The translations under genes were made by a program, and so were the position numbers. Of a stretch of DNA of 64,000 nt, positions 1-11,490 are shown in pieces. How positions within the stretch are numbered: position 1 is the stretch's first letter; every line of letters starts with the position of its first letter. The stretch lies in the NCBI GenBank assembly GCA_964187785.1, contig OZ076417.1:47244001-47308000 (forward strand), written 5' to 3'. The notes beneath the pieces are model-generated. The model saw only the letters and a list, made by a program, of their open reading frames with translations. It was not told where the DNA came from and ran no database searches. This stretch comes from Amphiscolops sp. MND2022 (taxonomy: Eukaryota).

Positions 1-1184
1 TAAGAGAGAAGGAAGATAGAGTGGTGTATCTTGCTTTTCATTGAATTCAATAAGTTTTTGTTTTGCATATGAGTATGGAAAACATCTTGTATAGAGAGTG
101 TGATGTTTTGGGGATGGATTGTTCTATAGTATGTCCAAGTACTTATTCCTTTAACTGGGTTAAAATAACTTGAAAAGGGTTTTGCGATTGTGTTATTTCA
201 AGTCTTTTATATCGAATGTAATATAGATAAGAGTCACAATGTTCTCTTTCCAATGAACTATATGTATCGTATGGGGTTCTGTTTCAAATGGAAGTGGATT
301 TGCAAAAGTCGATTTTGTCTTTTTTTCTGTAGATAAAACAAATGGGGGAGGAAGCATTATAGGTTGTAATGATTAGTCAGTATTGTAGGATTGCCATAGG
401 GGATAAATGTACTGTAACAGAAGATGTTTTGTATTAAATTGAGAGTTATATGGTAAGATTTGATCTACAAACATAACTTGTAGGAGTATTGTAAGTACTG
501 TACAGAAGGAAAGAAGTAGTGGGTTTTGTATATATGGTAGGAGAGTACAAAAGGTATGATAAATACTAAGTAGTCCAAAAAAGGCAGTATTATACTTGTT
601 AACATAGAAAGGAAAAGTTATATTTTAATATTTTGGTATAAAAGGTATTAGAACTTTGTCAATGAAAAGTGCAAGACCAGCAAGGAGTGCAAAAAAGAAC
701 CAAAAGCAGACAATGATTTTAACTAAATCATCTACTAAAGGCGACATGTATAATAATAATCTATCAAGAATATGTTAGAAATTGTGTAAGATATTTTGTA
801 CAAGTATGTGAAAATTCGAATGTTATATAAGTTTATGTTCAATGATTTGAAGTTATTTAAGTTGGGGTTCAATTGAGTTATATGAGTTGGTGTTCAATTA
901 TTTGTTATTAATTTGGATCCGTTAACTGGTTTAGAAAGCGTTTTATATGGTAAATGTACTATATAGAGGATGGGAAAGAGATGTACTAAAATATTTTGAT
1001 TGACGAGTATGTATGTTATATATGTGTGCCAACTTTAAAGTTGATCCGAGCGGCTAGAACCAAAGTATATTACTAGCAGGAATCACTGGATAGCACTGTA
1101 GAAAGGCCAACACGTATCGCACGTCTGCGGTTGGAACGGAAAAATGAGAAGATGCCAGCACGAATTCACTCAGAGGTGGTTGAA

Positions 1185-1290
1185 ACGAAAAAGTAATTAA
1201 CAGGAATTACGTTGAAGAACGCAGTCAGAACCAAGAAATGTGACTGACAGGAATTACCTTGAAGGACGTAGTCAGAACCATAGCAACACG
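1185..1290 (-). repeat. Leader tandem repeats (~40-45 bp, ttctgactgcgt...acgtaattcctgtcag)
   Basis: 2-3 imperfect units; homologous arrays at 29400-29530 and 38100-38180. Confidence 0.75.
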
Positions 1291-1465
1291 AATCAGTTTC
1301 GTATAGAAATTGGTTGCAACGTTGAAAATTAATAACGGTAGGCAATGTTGAGAGGTGGAGAAACTGTGTGTCGAACAAAGAGATATCTGATAAGAAAGTA
1401 GAGGAAAGGTGTACAAAAGTTGTAGAGTTGTGAAATGAGTCGGAGCGAAAGAAGAATTTTCTTGG

Positions 1466-1473
1466 TCGCACCA
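1466..1473 (-). promoter_or_regulatory. Putative primer-binding site TGGTGCGA
   Basis: TGG-initiated motif just 3' of the LTR; identical 8-mer at the same position in 3 other copies. Confidence 0.7.
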
Positions 1474-1480
1474 ATTGAGC

Positions 1481-1895
1481 TGTTAAAAACGTTTGTTGTT
1501 GTTTCTTTTAGATGTTTTATTACAGACATAAGAAGTCTAAGATTTAACAGCAGAGTCGTCTTATTTCAAGTGAGTTTAGCTAGCTAGTTCTAAGTCTAAT
1601 CGCTCTGAGATCTCAGTTAGTTATTCTGAAGAGGAAGACCGTTTTTCAGATAAGATTCTAATTTTCTCCGAGTAGATATACTCTCTCAAACTAGGGTGGG
1701 TTATAATCATTTAAATTAATAAGAAATGACAGTAACAGGATGGATCTGAAAAGCTTGTCACAGAATATATTAAGTGAAGTTCCTTCAGAGGTAATTAGGT
1801 TTCAAATAGAATTACATTCAATAATTACTTGGGTCAAGAGATCAGGTCTATTTCAAGATTATAGAATCTTTGAGGACATGCATCATGGCATCACA
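1481..1895 (-). repeat. LTR (TGTGATGCC...TTTTAACA)
   Basis: TG...CA termini on the minus strand; same start motif tgatgccatgatgcat as the LTR at 28764; followed after 7 nt by TGGTGCGA. Confidence 0.8.
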
Positions 1896-1937
1896 CCTTA
1901 AAATTTTAAAATTGTATAATTGGTCAGTTTATAAAGA

Positions 1938-1992
1938 CTAGATGTTTATAAAAGTTGTTCCAACGTGGACTGACGGTCCACGTGGCCTCTAG
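1938..1992 (+). repeat. Short hairpin-CTAG element (Helitron-like 3' end?)
   Basis: acgtggac-tgacg-gtccacgt stem-loop at 1963-1983, CTAG at 1989-1992, and CTAG at 1938. Confidence 0.35.
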
Positions 1993-3269
1993 GGGCAAAA
2001 CTCCTGTATCGTTTGCGGCAGCCTGCGACACATAGCACTGGTTTTCAAACAGCGCAGAAATGTTCCAGAGCGTCGGTTAGCATGCATGGTATATATGCTA
2101 CCAATCACAACTTGTTCGTATTTCGAATCTACGCGGTACAAAACAGGGTTCTTCATTTGTGCAATACCTTTCTCTCGCAGTACTTCACTACTTTTATTAC
2201 CCCAAACGCCGCTTCGCCTTCAGCTCTGCTCCATGTTAGTACTGCCTATTTTAGCACGTATTATTCTCATATAAACAGGACTCATCCCTTGAACATTTGT
2301 CAAGCGTTAGTCATAAGGTGACGATTTCCTTACTCTCCGTCCCTATATTTCCAAATGTGAAAGTAAAAAGACAACTGAACTGCGTTCCTAAAGCAAAATA
2401 GTTTCTAAAAATTGCCATTATCAAAGATGGTACCCCAATTTTAGTTTAATGGGATGTGTATTTGTACTTTTTGTTTTTGTCTGCCACAAACGGGCACCTA
2501 AATTGCGAAAAAGTTGCATTTTTTATTTAAATGTTTGGTCTTTCATCCGTTTTCGTTTTCGTGTAGTCTTCAGGTATTTTCGTGGGTTAGCAAACCCAAA
2601 AGGTTCCTTGACGAAGAAAACAAACATATCTAGCTAGGATGTTTCTTGGAAAACAAACCTGAAAAGTTTGATACCAAAACTATCTCGAAAGGATCCCAAA
2701 ATTCCTAAATATCAACAAAACTTTCCAATTCGTAAAGTTTTTGGAAATTATGTCACAATGTTTGAAATGTTATCCAAAAAACCTCCAGGCCAAAAAATCA
2801 ACTACCCAAACCGCCTTCCAGGAAGAAATTGAAACACAAATGATCAAAAGATGTTTTAAAATGACCACCTAAAAGCTAAAATTTCAAAAGTTCACCAATA
2901 ATTCAACACTTGTTTTGCAGTTTTTCTTGTTTTCGAATATGTTGAAAAAGGCAAAGTGCTGAGCCGAAAGAATCAACTATTCAAGACCATTAGAAGTACC
3001 ATGGAATAATTTCGTTGGTTTAAAATTGACTCCGGAAGTCTTGAATGTTTTTGAAAAGTCGATTTTATGAACAATTTTGATTGTTTAGAAAGACCAAAAC
3101 AGCGAGAGTGATCAGAAAACCAGCTAACTTTACCGTAGGATGTTAAAAGAAATAATCTGTTGGTATTTTGTCAAAAAGTAACAAATTTACACCCAAAAAA
3201 GCTGAACAATCTTACTTTGGACATTTTTTTCGAACATATTTTCGAACCTTAAAAAAATACACACTAATA

Positions 3270-3680
3270 GATTCCATATACCTAGCGAACAGTTATCTGA
3301 TACACTTTTACGACGAGCAATTTTGAGTTTACGGACTGAAATGACATCAAAACAACAAACATTTTCAGTTTTTGATCATTATCTCGTAATTTGTGTTCGT
3401 TCTGACGAAACGCTTTCGAAGTAAGTTTTCTAGAAAAGAAATTTGATGCTGTTTGTTCAACAGAAGACGATGATGCTTCTCAAAAATTCGACCAATTTCC
3501 ATATATTGCAATTTTATGCAATTTTAATTCAATGTTCCAATGTTTTCATGGATACGAACAACTATATTTTTCGAAACCAAAACATTCACTAATAAGGTGC
3601 ATGGTTAAGAATGTCTACATTTTTTAAAACAAACGACAACATTTACTAGTTTAGCAAAACTTTCGACAGAACAACAAGAC
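3270..3680 (+). repeat. Interspersed non-coding repeat, homologous to 50797-51480
   Basis: Shared blocks tagattccatatacct, ttttacgac.agcaatt.tgagttta.ggactgaaa, aaaccaaaacattca. Confidence 0.75.
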
Positions 3681-4191
3681 GCCCGCTAAGCACCGGTGTC
3701 ATTTTCGTAGTTTTGAAGCTTTTTTGAAGTTTAGAAAACCGAGAGAATAGAACGACGAACGAAACAACCATACATCACGTTTTCAGATGAGAAAGTTCCA
3801 ACGTTTTTCCGGAAAAGTCACCAAAAAGCCCACGAAAACAAACTTCTCAGACATTTGAACTGTGTTAGACGTTTTCCTTGTATATTGGAACTTTCATGTG
3901 GTATGAATACTCACAGCATCAAAAGACAGAAAGTTCCTCTTTAGCGTTCTGATAGAAGTGAAAATTTTTAAATCGGCGCTTTTTTCAGTTTTTTTTCACC
4001 AGCGAAGTTACATATTTCGATTTTTCTAACGTGCGCCAGTACGACATGAGAAAGACCCAATCCTCCGCAAATGGGATAAGTGTGTGGCTGTAAAACTAAA
4101 ATGTGTGAGTCCAAGGATGGACCTTGTTTTCTGATGTTCACTTTTTATTCAAGACCAAAGTGTCTCCCTTAGGGTTTTTCGGTTCATCGGA

Positions 4192-4516
4192 AGTAAAGTA
4201 CTTGTATTTTGTTTTGAGATAGTGACTTTATTTTAGACGAAGTACTTTAAAAACATTCTAACAGAGCTGCATTATCAGGTCTTGAAAACGGTGACAACTT
4301 GATGGTAAAGACTTTATCAGTGTTTTTTCCGGTTATAAATCAAATAGGTGCTTTACAGTATAAGGTATGGTACTGAATTTAAATTGAATACATCTAAATT
4401 CATGATACAAGATTTAAGTCTCGACGTTCAATTATTGGATGATGGGGCAACTGGCCGAACAAAATGGGTGATGGGGGTTTTGACCGAATAAAAGATTATA
4501 GGTATATCATCAGACC
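4192..4516 (-). repeat. 3' LTR of element A
   Basis: Colinear with 20948-21271 (e.g. ttataaatcaaataggtgctttacagtata.ggtatggtactgaat; gaataaaagatta). Confidence 0.85.
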
Positions 4517-6737
4517 GGGTTTTGAAAAATTCAACTTTTTACATAAAAGGAATTACCATGGAGAGAGGTCAATGAAGGTGTTAATGAATGTCTGAGTTCG
4601 GTTGAATATGTTGAGTCAGGCTTAATGTGACGGCAGAGGTGATTTTAAGATTGATAAGAAATAGGGAGAATAGGTAATCACGCGAGGCAGGTAAAGAAGA
4701 GTGAAAAGAAAGTTTTCACTGAGAGAAGATTAGCAAAAAGATTCATTTGACTAGAACTCAAAACCAGAAGTGAACAAATTTCAATATTTGAACAAATAGG
4801 AGTAAGATCGAATAGAAAAAAATTGGTTAGAATCGAAGTTCTTTAGGAGTAATGTGGAAAATATTAAATCAGGTGAAAAAAATGAGTTTAGGAAAAAACA
4901 CGTTTTTTAAAATGGAAAAAAGACAAAACTGTCGGTAAAAATTCCATCTGAGGGCCATGGAAGGATCATAATAGGTATGCCAAACGTAAAGTTTGCAAGA
5001 TATAGGGGGTAGAATTGAAACTAAAGGGCGACAAAATTGAAAAATTGCATAGAAAATAGACAAAATTGTACATTGTCTTGGAATTAAAAGGCATTGAAAC
5101 ACAGGATATTAATCAGAAGCATGTGAAAGTTAAAGCGGTTGACAAAGACGAAAAAATGGGTGCTTGTGAACGAAAATTAAGAGGGTAGAACAAAAGTTTA
5201 ATGGCATCAAATTTAAAGTTTTTACATTATGTATGTTGCCAAATTAGTCAACATCTTTGAGGGAATTTATTAGTGAAGCAAAATAATTTACAAAAATATG
5301 CGTCGAGGGGGGGGGTCGAAGGTGAAATGGGTTCAATACGAATAGGAATTAAAGCAGGGGAGGAGAAAGATGGGGGAAAAAGCATTTGTACAATATTTAT
5401 GGGGTACATGTCAGCAGCAAGGGGATCGCAGTGAAAGCAATTATCTCAATTATTAGGGAGAATTTGTATATGTAGCTGTAATATTCGAGGGAACGTATTT
5501 TTGGGGGACTTAAATTTAATCAATTTTGAGGGAGTTTGAAAATGATTGACAATTGCATCGATATTTTTTGAACTTTATGGAATTCAATTGCTTGCGCAGA
5601 AAGGAGTTGGTTAATATTTTGTTCATATAGTTTTAGCGAAACGTTATAATAAGCTAGTTTCTGTTTCTATGCAGCTGTGTGGACAAGTTATTTAACGGGT
5701 GTTCCAGCTTCGTATGGAGGGGCATTCTTTGTTGCAAAACCCGAGTCAATTGACGGACTGCAGAGAATTGCTGCAAATGAGAAGAAGTCGCAACAGCATC
5801 TGGGGCAGAAGAGGAAGAGGCGTAGAAGACGAAGTCGGGGCAGTTGTGGGTAGCTGTGAAGTAATGGGAGACAGTGTAGATGACAGTGGAAGTGGCAAAA
5901 TGAAAGTTGACGAAGTAGAAGAAACAGAAGTCCAACAGTTTGTTGAGATGATTCTATGCCAGCAAGGCAGGAGGATAAGGAGTGGAAGAATAAAGTGATT
6001 TTTTTGCGACAAGATGAAGAGGATGTGTGAGATTTGAAACAAACTTTTCGATTTAAGGTTTTGTAGATGTATTTTTATTTTTGAGTGGTAGTTTTAAAGG
6101 TTGTGTATTTTGTGTTGTGATCAAAATTATTGATAACAGGTGAAGTGTCGAAGAGTAATAGAACATCTAAAAGAGTCCAAGATATCTTTTTAAACTGACT
6201 GCGAGTTTTCGACGATAGAGTGAAAATGCAAACATTGACAACGTAATTTCAAAAATTAGTTTGACACAGTTACCAACTTTTTCTTGTAGATTTTTGTAAC
6301 TTTTTCGGAGTAAAGTTATCCGGAGGAGATTGTGAAACTTCTATACAGCTCAATTATGCAACCACTAGAGTTTGGAATAAATGGGAATCAAACTTTAGGA
6401 ATAAAATGGAGAATAATGATATGAGGAAAACACAATTGTGTTTTGATAGAAAAAGGTAATGAAATACAAAGTGTATGACTTTCGAAAAAGGAAATAGGTG
6501 GACTCTTCTGTGAAAATATGATAAAATTGTAATGAAGAGTGAATATAGTAATCTCGTTTAACTGAATATGTCACGGAGAGATGAGAAATGATAAAATTTG
6601 CGTTTTTGAAAAGTGAAAAGGTTATGAAAGAGTATTTAATGATACGGAGGAAGCAGTCAAAAAATGAGAAGTACAATTTTGTAAAAGAGCAAATTTTGAA
6701 AAAAAACTTTTAGAAAAATTTGGAGAAAATTTGAATA

Positions 6738-6894
6738 GTATCCCTGTTGAAATCAACAAAGCTCTTCCAAAAATAGTTCCCCCATTTCCGAGTTTTCAGG
6801 TGAACCCGCAGCCTTCTTTAGGCTGCGGGTTCACCTGAAAACTCGGAAATGGGGAACTATTTTTGGAAGAGCTTCGTTGATTCAACAGGGATAC
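6738..6894. mobile_element. 157 bp palindromic (foldback) MITE-like insertion flanked by TA
   Basis: Arms 6738-6814 and 6820-6894 are reverse complements apart from one substitution and two 1-nt indels; loop TCTTT; TA at 6736-37 and 6895-96. Confidence 0.85.
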
Positions 6895-8233
6895 TAGTGA
6901 TGGGAAAATTTATATTGTTTTTTTTTCAAAATGAAAGAGGAACGTTTAGCGTTTGTGAACGTTTAGCGATTGTAAAGTTCAGTTGTGTCCAAAGGAGTAG
7001 TGTTTATATACAAACGCGATAAATAGAAAGCGATAGCGGTCATCAGGAGTTGTTTCAAACATATTATTCAATTTTGGGAAGAAACTTGGAACACTATTAG
7101 GAACAAGAGTTGGCAATAAGAAATCGTCATTGAGAGTAGGAGATTCGTTAGGAACAAAAAGAGGAGGGTCGTGACACGAAGCGAGTATTTATTACTGTTT
7201 AACTGGGTCATAATTGCGAAGTATGCCAATAGTGTAGAGGTGTAGAGTAGTGAGAATGATGAGAGAAAGGTGAAGTGATTTTGTGATTTTGGATGACCAA
7301 ATTTTGTGGGTGTTTCTGTTCAAGAAAGTGTTGGTAAGTTTGGTGATCAAGTTGTTAAAGTCATTTTGGGTTGGTAATTGGAATCGAAACAAGCGAAACA
7401 AGGAGAGTTGTTCTAAGATTTCGGAGGCGTAAGCAACATAGTGATCGAAGTTACGATCGTGTGGAAATCAGTCAAAGTATTAGTTTGAGAATTGTTTTTG
7501 CAGGGTGGAATACAGGAGGTAGAATACCCGAGTCAATGAAAACACGATCTTCAAGAACATTATAGTTCGTCTTAGAAAGGACAGTGTAGGTGACATTATC
7601 AATAGTAACTTAAAGATTAGTAGGCAGAGGAGTCCGCGAATGGCGAGTTTGAAGAGTAGAAGAGATGGGTTGAAAATGTAGAGTAGAAGAAAGCGTTGAA
7701 GATGATTTTTGAATGTCAGTTATTGTAGGTTTAGGAGTAGACTTGATTCAAAGCTTAATTGGAATAATCAGAGTTATGAGGAAGTTCAAGGGTACCAGAT
7801 TTGAGAGAAAGTGGTGGTGACAAAGAAGCAATACTAGAAAGAAGTTCTTCATGGCAAGTAGGTGAAGTCATTTTCAAATAGTAGTTGAGTTTTTGAAAAT
7901 GTATTTGTTATACAAATATTTTGTGATTTATATGACGTGCTAGGAAGATGTGACAGTGTAATAGGTGGCATCTAACAGTTTTGTGAGTAGAAAGGATAAG
8001 ATTCATATAAAGTATAGATTATGAAAAGAATATAGATGTTCGAAAGCAAGACAAGTTGAAGATATTAGAGATAAGATTTTTGCGAATTATATGAGAAATT
8101 AAAAAGAATTTAGCCGTTTTGAAGTTGCAACTGAACGATGAGCAAAGAAGAAGAGAAGTGATGAATTTTTATGGAAGGAAGAGACCTAAATTTATTTAGG
8201 TGGAAAGCGACAGAATGAATAAGTTTTCAAATC

Positions 8234-8734
8234 CAACCCGGTAACAGATTGTTTAAGGGCCTTAATTTGTAGCTACAAGTTATATTATTGTATACAGTAA
8301 AAAAGCATGGATGAAATACATGTGTACACCTGCTTGAATGCAGTTAATACGTACTATGCACGGTACAGCTTAGTTACGATAACTAATTTTTTAATGAATC
8401 ATTGTTCAATTTGACTGTTTTACGATGTAGTGGAATGAATTTGAGTTAAAATGAACATTGAGTTTTGATTGCATATAAACAAGGTGTAAGACAGTCAACT
8501 TCGACATCATTGTCTTTTTAGCAAACTGCAAATTGCTATATTTGCAAAAAATGGAAATTAGTCAAAATTTTGACTGAAATACGGAAAAGTCTATTTTTTG
8601 GACTAACTTCCACTTTTCACTAACTACGTGCCTTGACTACATTTCACTATTTTCCTTTACGCACTTACGCCAAATAACCATTTTACGGATTACACAGATT
8701 ACGCTGCGTGAACGAAATCCATTTTACCGGGATG
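8234..8734. mobile_element. ~500 bp insertion with 11 bp imperfect TIRs (caacccggtaa / ttaccgggatg)
   Basis: 10/11 inverted match; loses the host element's strand bias; subterminal ttacg repeats; TSD not confirmed. Confidence 0.5.
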
Positions 8735-9376
8735 TGTGTCGTAATATTAACGGGACTTTCGGGTTGATTAAATATACTATTGACAGATGTTAATGGGAAG
8801 TCATTTAATTTCTTTGGTGATGGAGTAGAAGGATGAATTTGCGTTGATTGCCATTCATTGAGTATGGAAGAATTAATAGAGGAGTTGTCAAAATTAGTGT
8901 CATCAGGAGAATGGGAACTAGGTAAATAGGGAAAAGAAGAAATTGAAGGTGATTGGGAATGACGTGGAGAAAAGTTCTTAGGAGGATTATTGGGTAAGCT
9001 ATAAATAGGAGGAGGGGCGAATTGTTGTCAGTTACCTGAGGGGTGGTGATGAAAGGGTAAAGTGGAGAAATACTAGAAGAAGAATTTTTTGGTGGACACC
9101 TTTGCATGTTGTTTTTAGCTCAAGTACTTAAAATTGTGGACTTAATTTTAGGTTTCTTTTTATCATCTTTAAAGTGTTTTAATTTTGAATTACCAGTAGA
9201 TTTGGAACGAGGAGGCGGAGATGTATCAGAATCATCGGAATCAGACTTAGAATCAGCAGGTTTTATCATAGCAGACATCATTGTTTTGGTTACGGTTCCA
9301 AAAAAGCCATAACCAAAAGATGAAACAAGGGACTTTGTTTTTTTAAAAGAAATTTCCTTACTCGAAAAAGGCGATA

Positions 9377-11340
9377 TCAACTAAGGAATGCGCTGAAAGC
9401 AAATTTTAGGAGGGGAGCAGTGTAAAAATAACTTCCACCTTGGGTTAAAATATAACATGAATACCCAAAAAAATTAACGAATGCATCCTTGAACCATTCA
9501 GGCGTAACGAAAGGAGTTAAATTTATTATATAGTCAAGAAGACCAATTCGAAGAGACTTGTAGAGATTATTCGGAAGGAGTTCAGAAATTTGTTTACTCA
9601 AGAATTGATAGCAAATAGCTTTACCAAGAAGTTGTTATGTATTATCAGAATGTTTAGCAAAGAGAACACGATTCCAAAAACGTTCGAGTTCCTTTGAGAA
9701 TAAATACCTGCATCTTAAGAAGTGAAGGTGTCGGGGTTTGAAGTAGTTTGAACTTGAGTGGGTTCAAAGAGTAGAGGATCTTCTTTATTCGGTTGTGGAG
9801 TTAAGACATAATATTGATCGGTGTCAGGATCAAGGGCAATAACATTTTGCCGGGTATTTTCACATGGTATTTGACGAGCATTATCAAAGGTTTGACGAGT
9901 TATAGGGTCAACATACATAACAGTATCAAGATAATTACCAGGTGTTTTTTCATAACATTGTTCAGCTATATATAGATGAGAAAGATGGTGAGGGCAGTCA
10001 TAAAGCCAGGCAGTTGAGCCTTCAAGAATTAAACAATTACTACGGTTTTGAGTTAAGAAAAAAACCAGCGAGTGGTGGGTTTTTAACAGACATTGCGAGA
10101 ATGGTTAAAAGTTGAGTTCGTTCTACTTCACAAATAGTATGCAGGGTGATAAGTTCAACGACTGACATTGTTTTACAAACATGAATTTTTGAGTAGTCTT
10201 TTTTAGTATTTACATGAGCTTCAAAGTCAATAGTGGCTGAATAGTTCGAGGAGCAGGAAAAAAGTGTTTGATTTGATTTATCAGAAATTAATTGTGCAGA
10301 ATGTCGTGTATATTGTTCAACATCAGGTAATTGAAGGGGGTTACGTTTACCAGAGTGCATATGAAATCCTTCTTTGTAGGTAATAAACAGATCAAGGTAT
10401 TGAGTGGCACATGAAAGTGTAGGTTTATTGCAAAATATTTAACTTTCGGGGAAAATTTCAAAGCGAGAGGATCGGGTTTGAGGTCTGGAGTCATGGTAAT
10501 GAGTTTGAGGAGGAACATTAGTGTTATTGGTAATAAAAAAGTGTTCGGTTTTGAGACAAAAACGGTTATCAAAGTTTAGACATACGTCCAATCAAAGAGT
10601 GAATTGAGAAAATTAAACAGAGTTCATCAGGAAACCGAACAATGGTGTATGGGGTTAGAAAAGTAGGGTTGCAAAAACCATCATCATGGAGGCAAGGTAA
10701 AGTGTGTCCATCATAAGTTATATTATTATCTTTGTCATCAAAATTGAATTCAACTTCTTTAACGAGTAAAAACCAACAATCTTTTTCAATTATATATCCA
10801 TAGCGGTCCCAACAAATATCTTTTTTTAGCAGTTGAGTTTAATTTAAGTTGAGAGTTTGTTATCCAAGCGAAAGCACCATAATCAAAAGTGTTAGTTTTA
10901 ATTAGGCGAAAAGGAGGTTGTTTATTTTCAAGAATGCGTTGTTTTTGATTATCATTAAAGAAGGTGATGAAATCACTACAATCAAACGCATTAAGATGAG
11001 GGTTATCCGTTCCATTGAGGGGACGAATAGCATGTTTGCTTTTCGTAAGGTCTATGGTACGAGGACGTTCCTTAATATTTTTGTGATAATCAGTACGATC
11101 ATGGCGACAGTATTTGTGATCAGATTGTGCGCAAACAAATTTTTCACAGGTCCAAGCCTTGAGACGTTTGGCTTTAGCGCGGAAGGAGGTAATAAAACCG
11201 TGAGGAAGACGGAAAAGAGGATGATCACCAACAAAAAGACTAAGAATAGTAGTAAGGATGTGGTATAGATTAAAAATGGACAGTAGTATGAGAAGGAATT
11301 GGGTGTGGACTTAAGTTATGAAACATAACAGTGACTTCAA
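9377..11340 (-). pseudogene. env: env: class III fusion-glycoprotein-like, frameshifted
   Basis: Stitched translation: hydrophobic N-terminus ...AKRLKAWTCEKFVCAQSDHKYCRHDRTDYH... ITYDGHTLPCLHDDGFCNPTFLTPYTIV.. CEVERTQLLTILAMSVKNPPLAGF/FLTQNRSNCLILEGSTAWLYDCP..EQCYEKTP..YVDPITRQTF..QIPC, then a membrane-proximal hydrophobic segment (EWFKDAFVNFFGYSCYILTQGG..). Confidence 0.7.
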
Positions 11341-11490
11341 CTTTAGCTTCAAGACTTGTAGTGTCGAGTCATTGAAATTCTCTTCAAAGACGTTCGTCAG
11401 AATATTGAATATTGGAATTTAACTCATGAGTAGCAAGATTTAAATGTCGGGGAGCACGAAGATGGCTTGAAACAAGAGTATTGTTGACAG

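Larger units (their letters stand above)
1..1895 (-). mobile_element. 5' part of a Ty3/gypsy element (LTR, PBS, leader, ORF0 start); continues beyond the left window edge
   Basis: Reverse complement aligns with 28764-30660 (leader ...cgcacgtctgcggttggaacg...; ORF0 ...PLPFETEPHTIHIV..) and directly with 37900-38835. Confidence 0.85.
4520..9370 (-). pseudogene. Decayed accessory coding-like region between env and the 3' LTR (product unknown)
   Basis: Same G-poor sense-strand bias as pol/env; fragmentary minus-strand ORFs (5746-6042, 7192-7401, 8805-9107, 9120-9380); no recognised motif. Confidence 0.45.

Noticed and set aside
2013-2321. 102 aa ORF and other short ORFs in inter-element DNA (21543-22312, 27400-28420, 41224-41574, 51796-52098)
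   Set aside because: No recognisable motifs; they lie in repeats or LTR-like sequence; lengths are compatible with chance.
4517-4540. Polypurine tract and TSD for element A
   Set aside because: Sequence 5' of the 3' LTR (ttttcaaaaccc) is not purine-rich and the flanks do not match; one decayed copy is insufficient to claim a PPT-less mechanism.
10918-11268. Plus-strand ORFs inside element A (also 5699-5998, 14029-14256, 14922-15191, 18933-19334)
   Set aside because: Antisense shadows of minus-strand retroelement coding sequence; no motifs.
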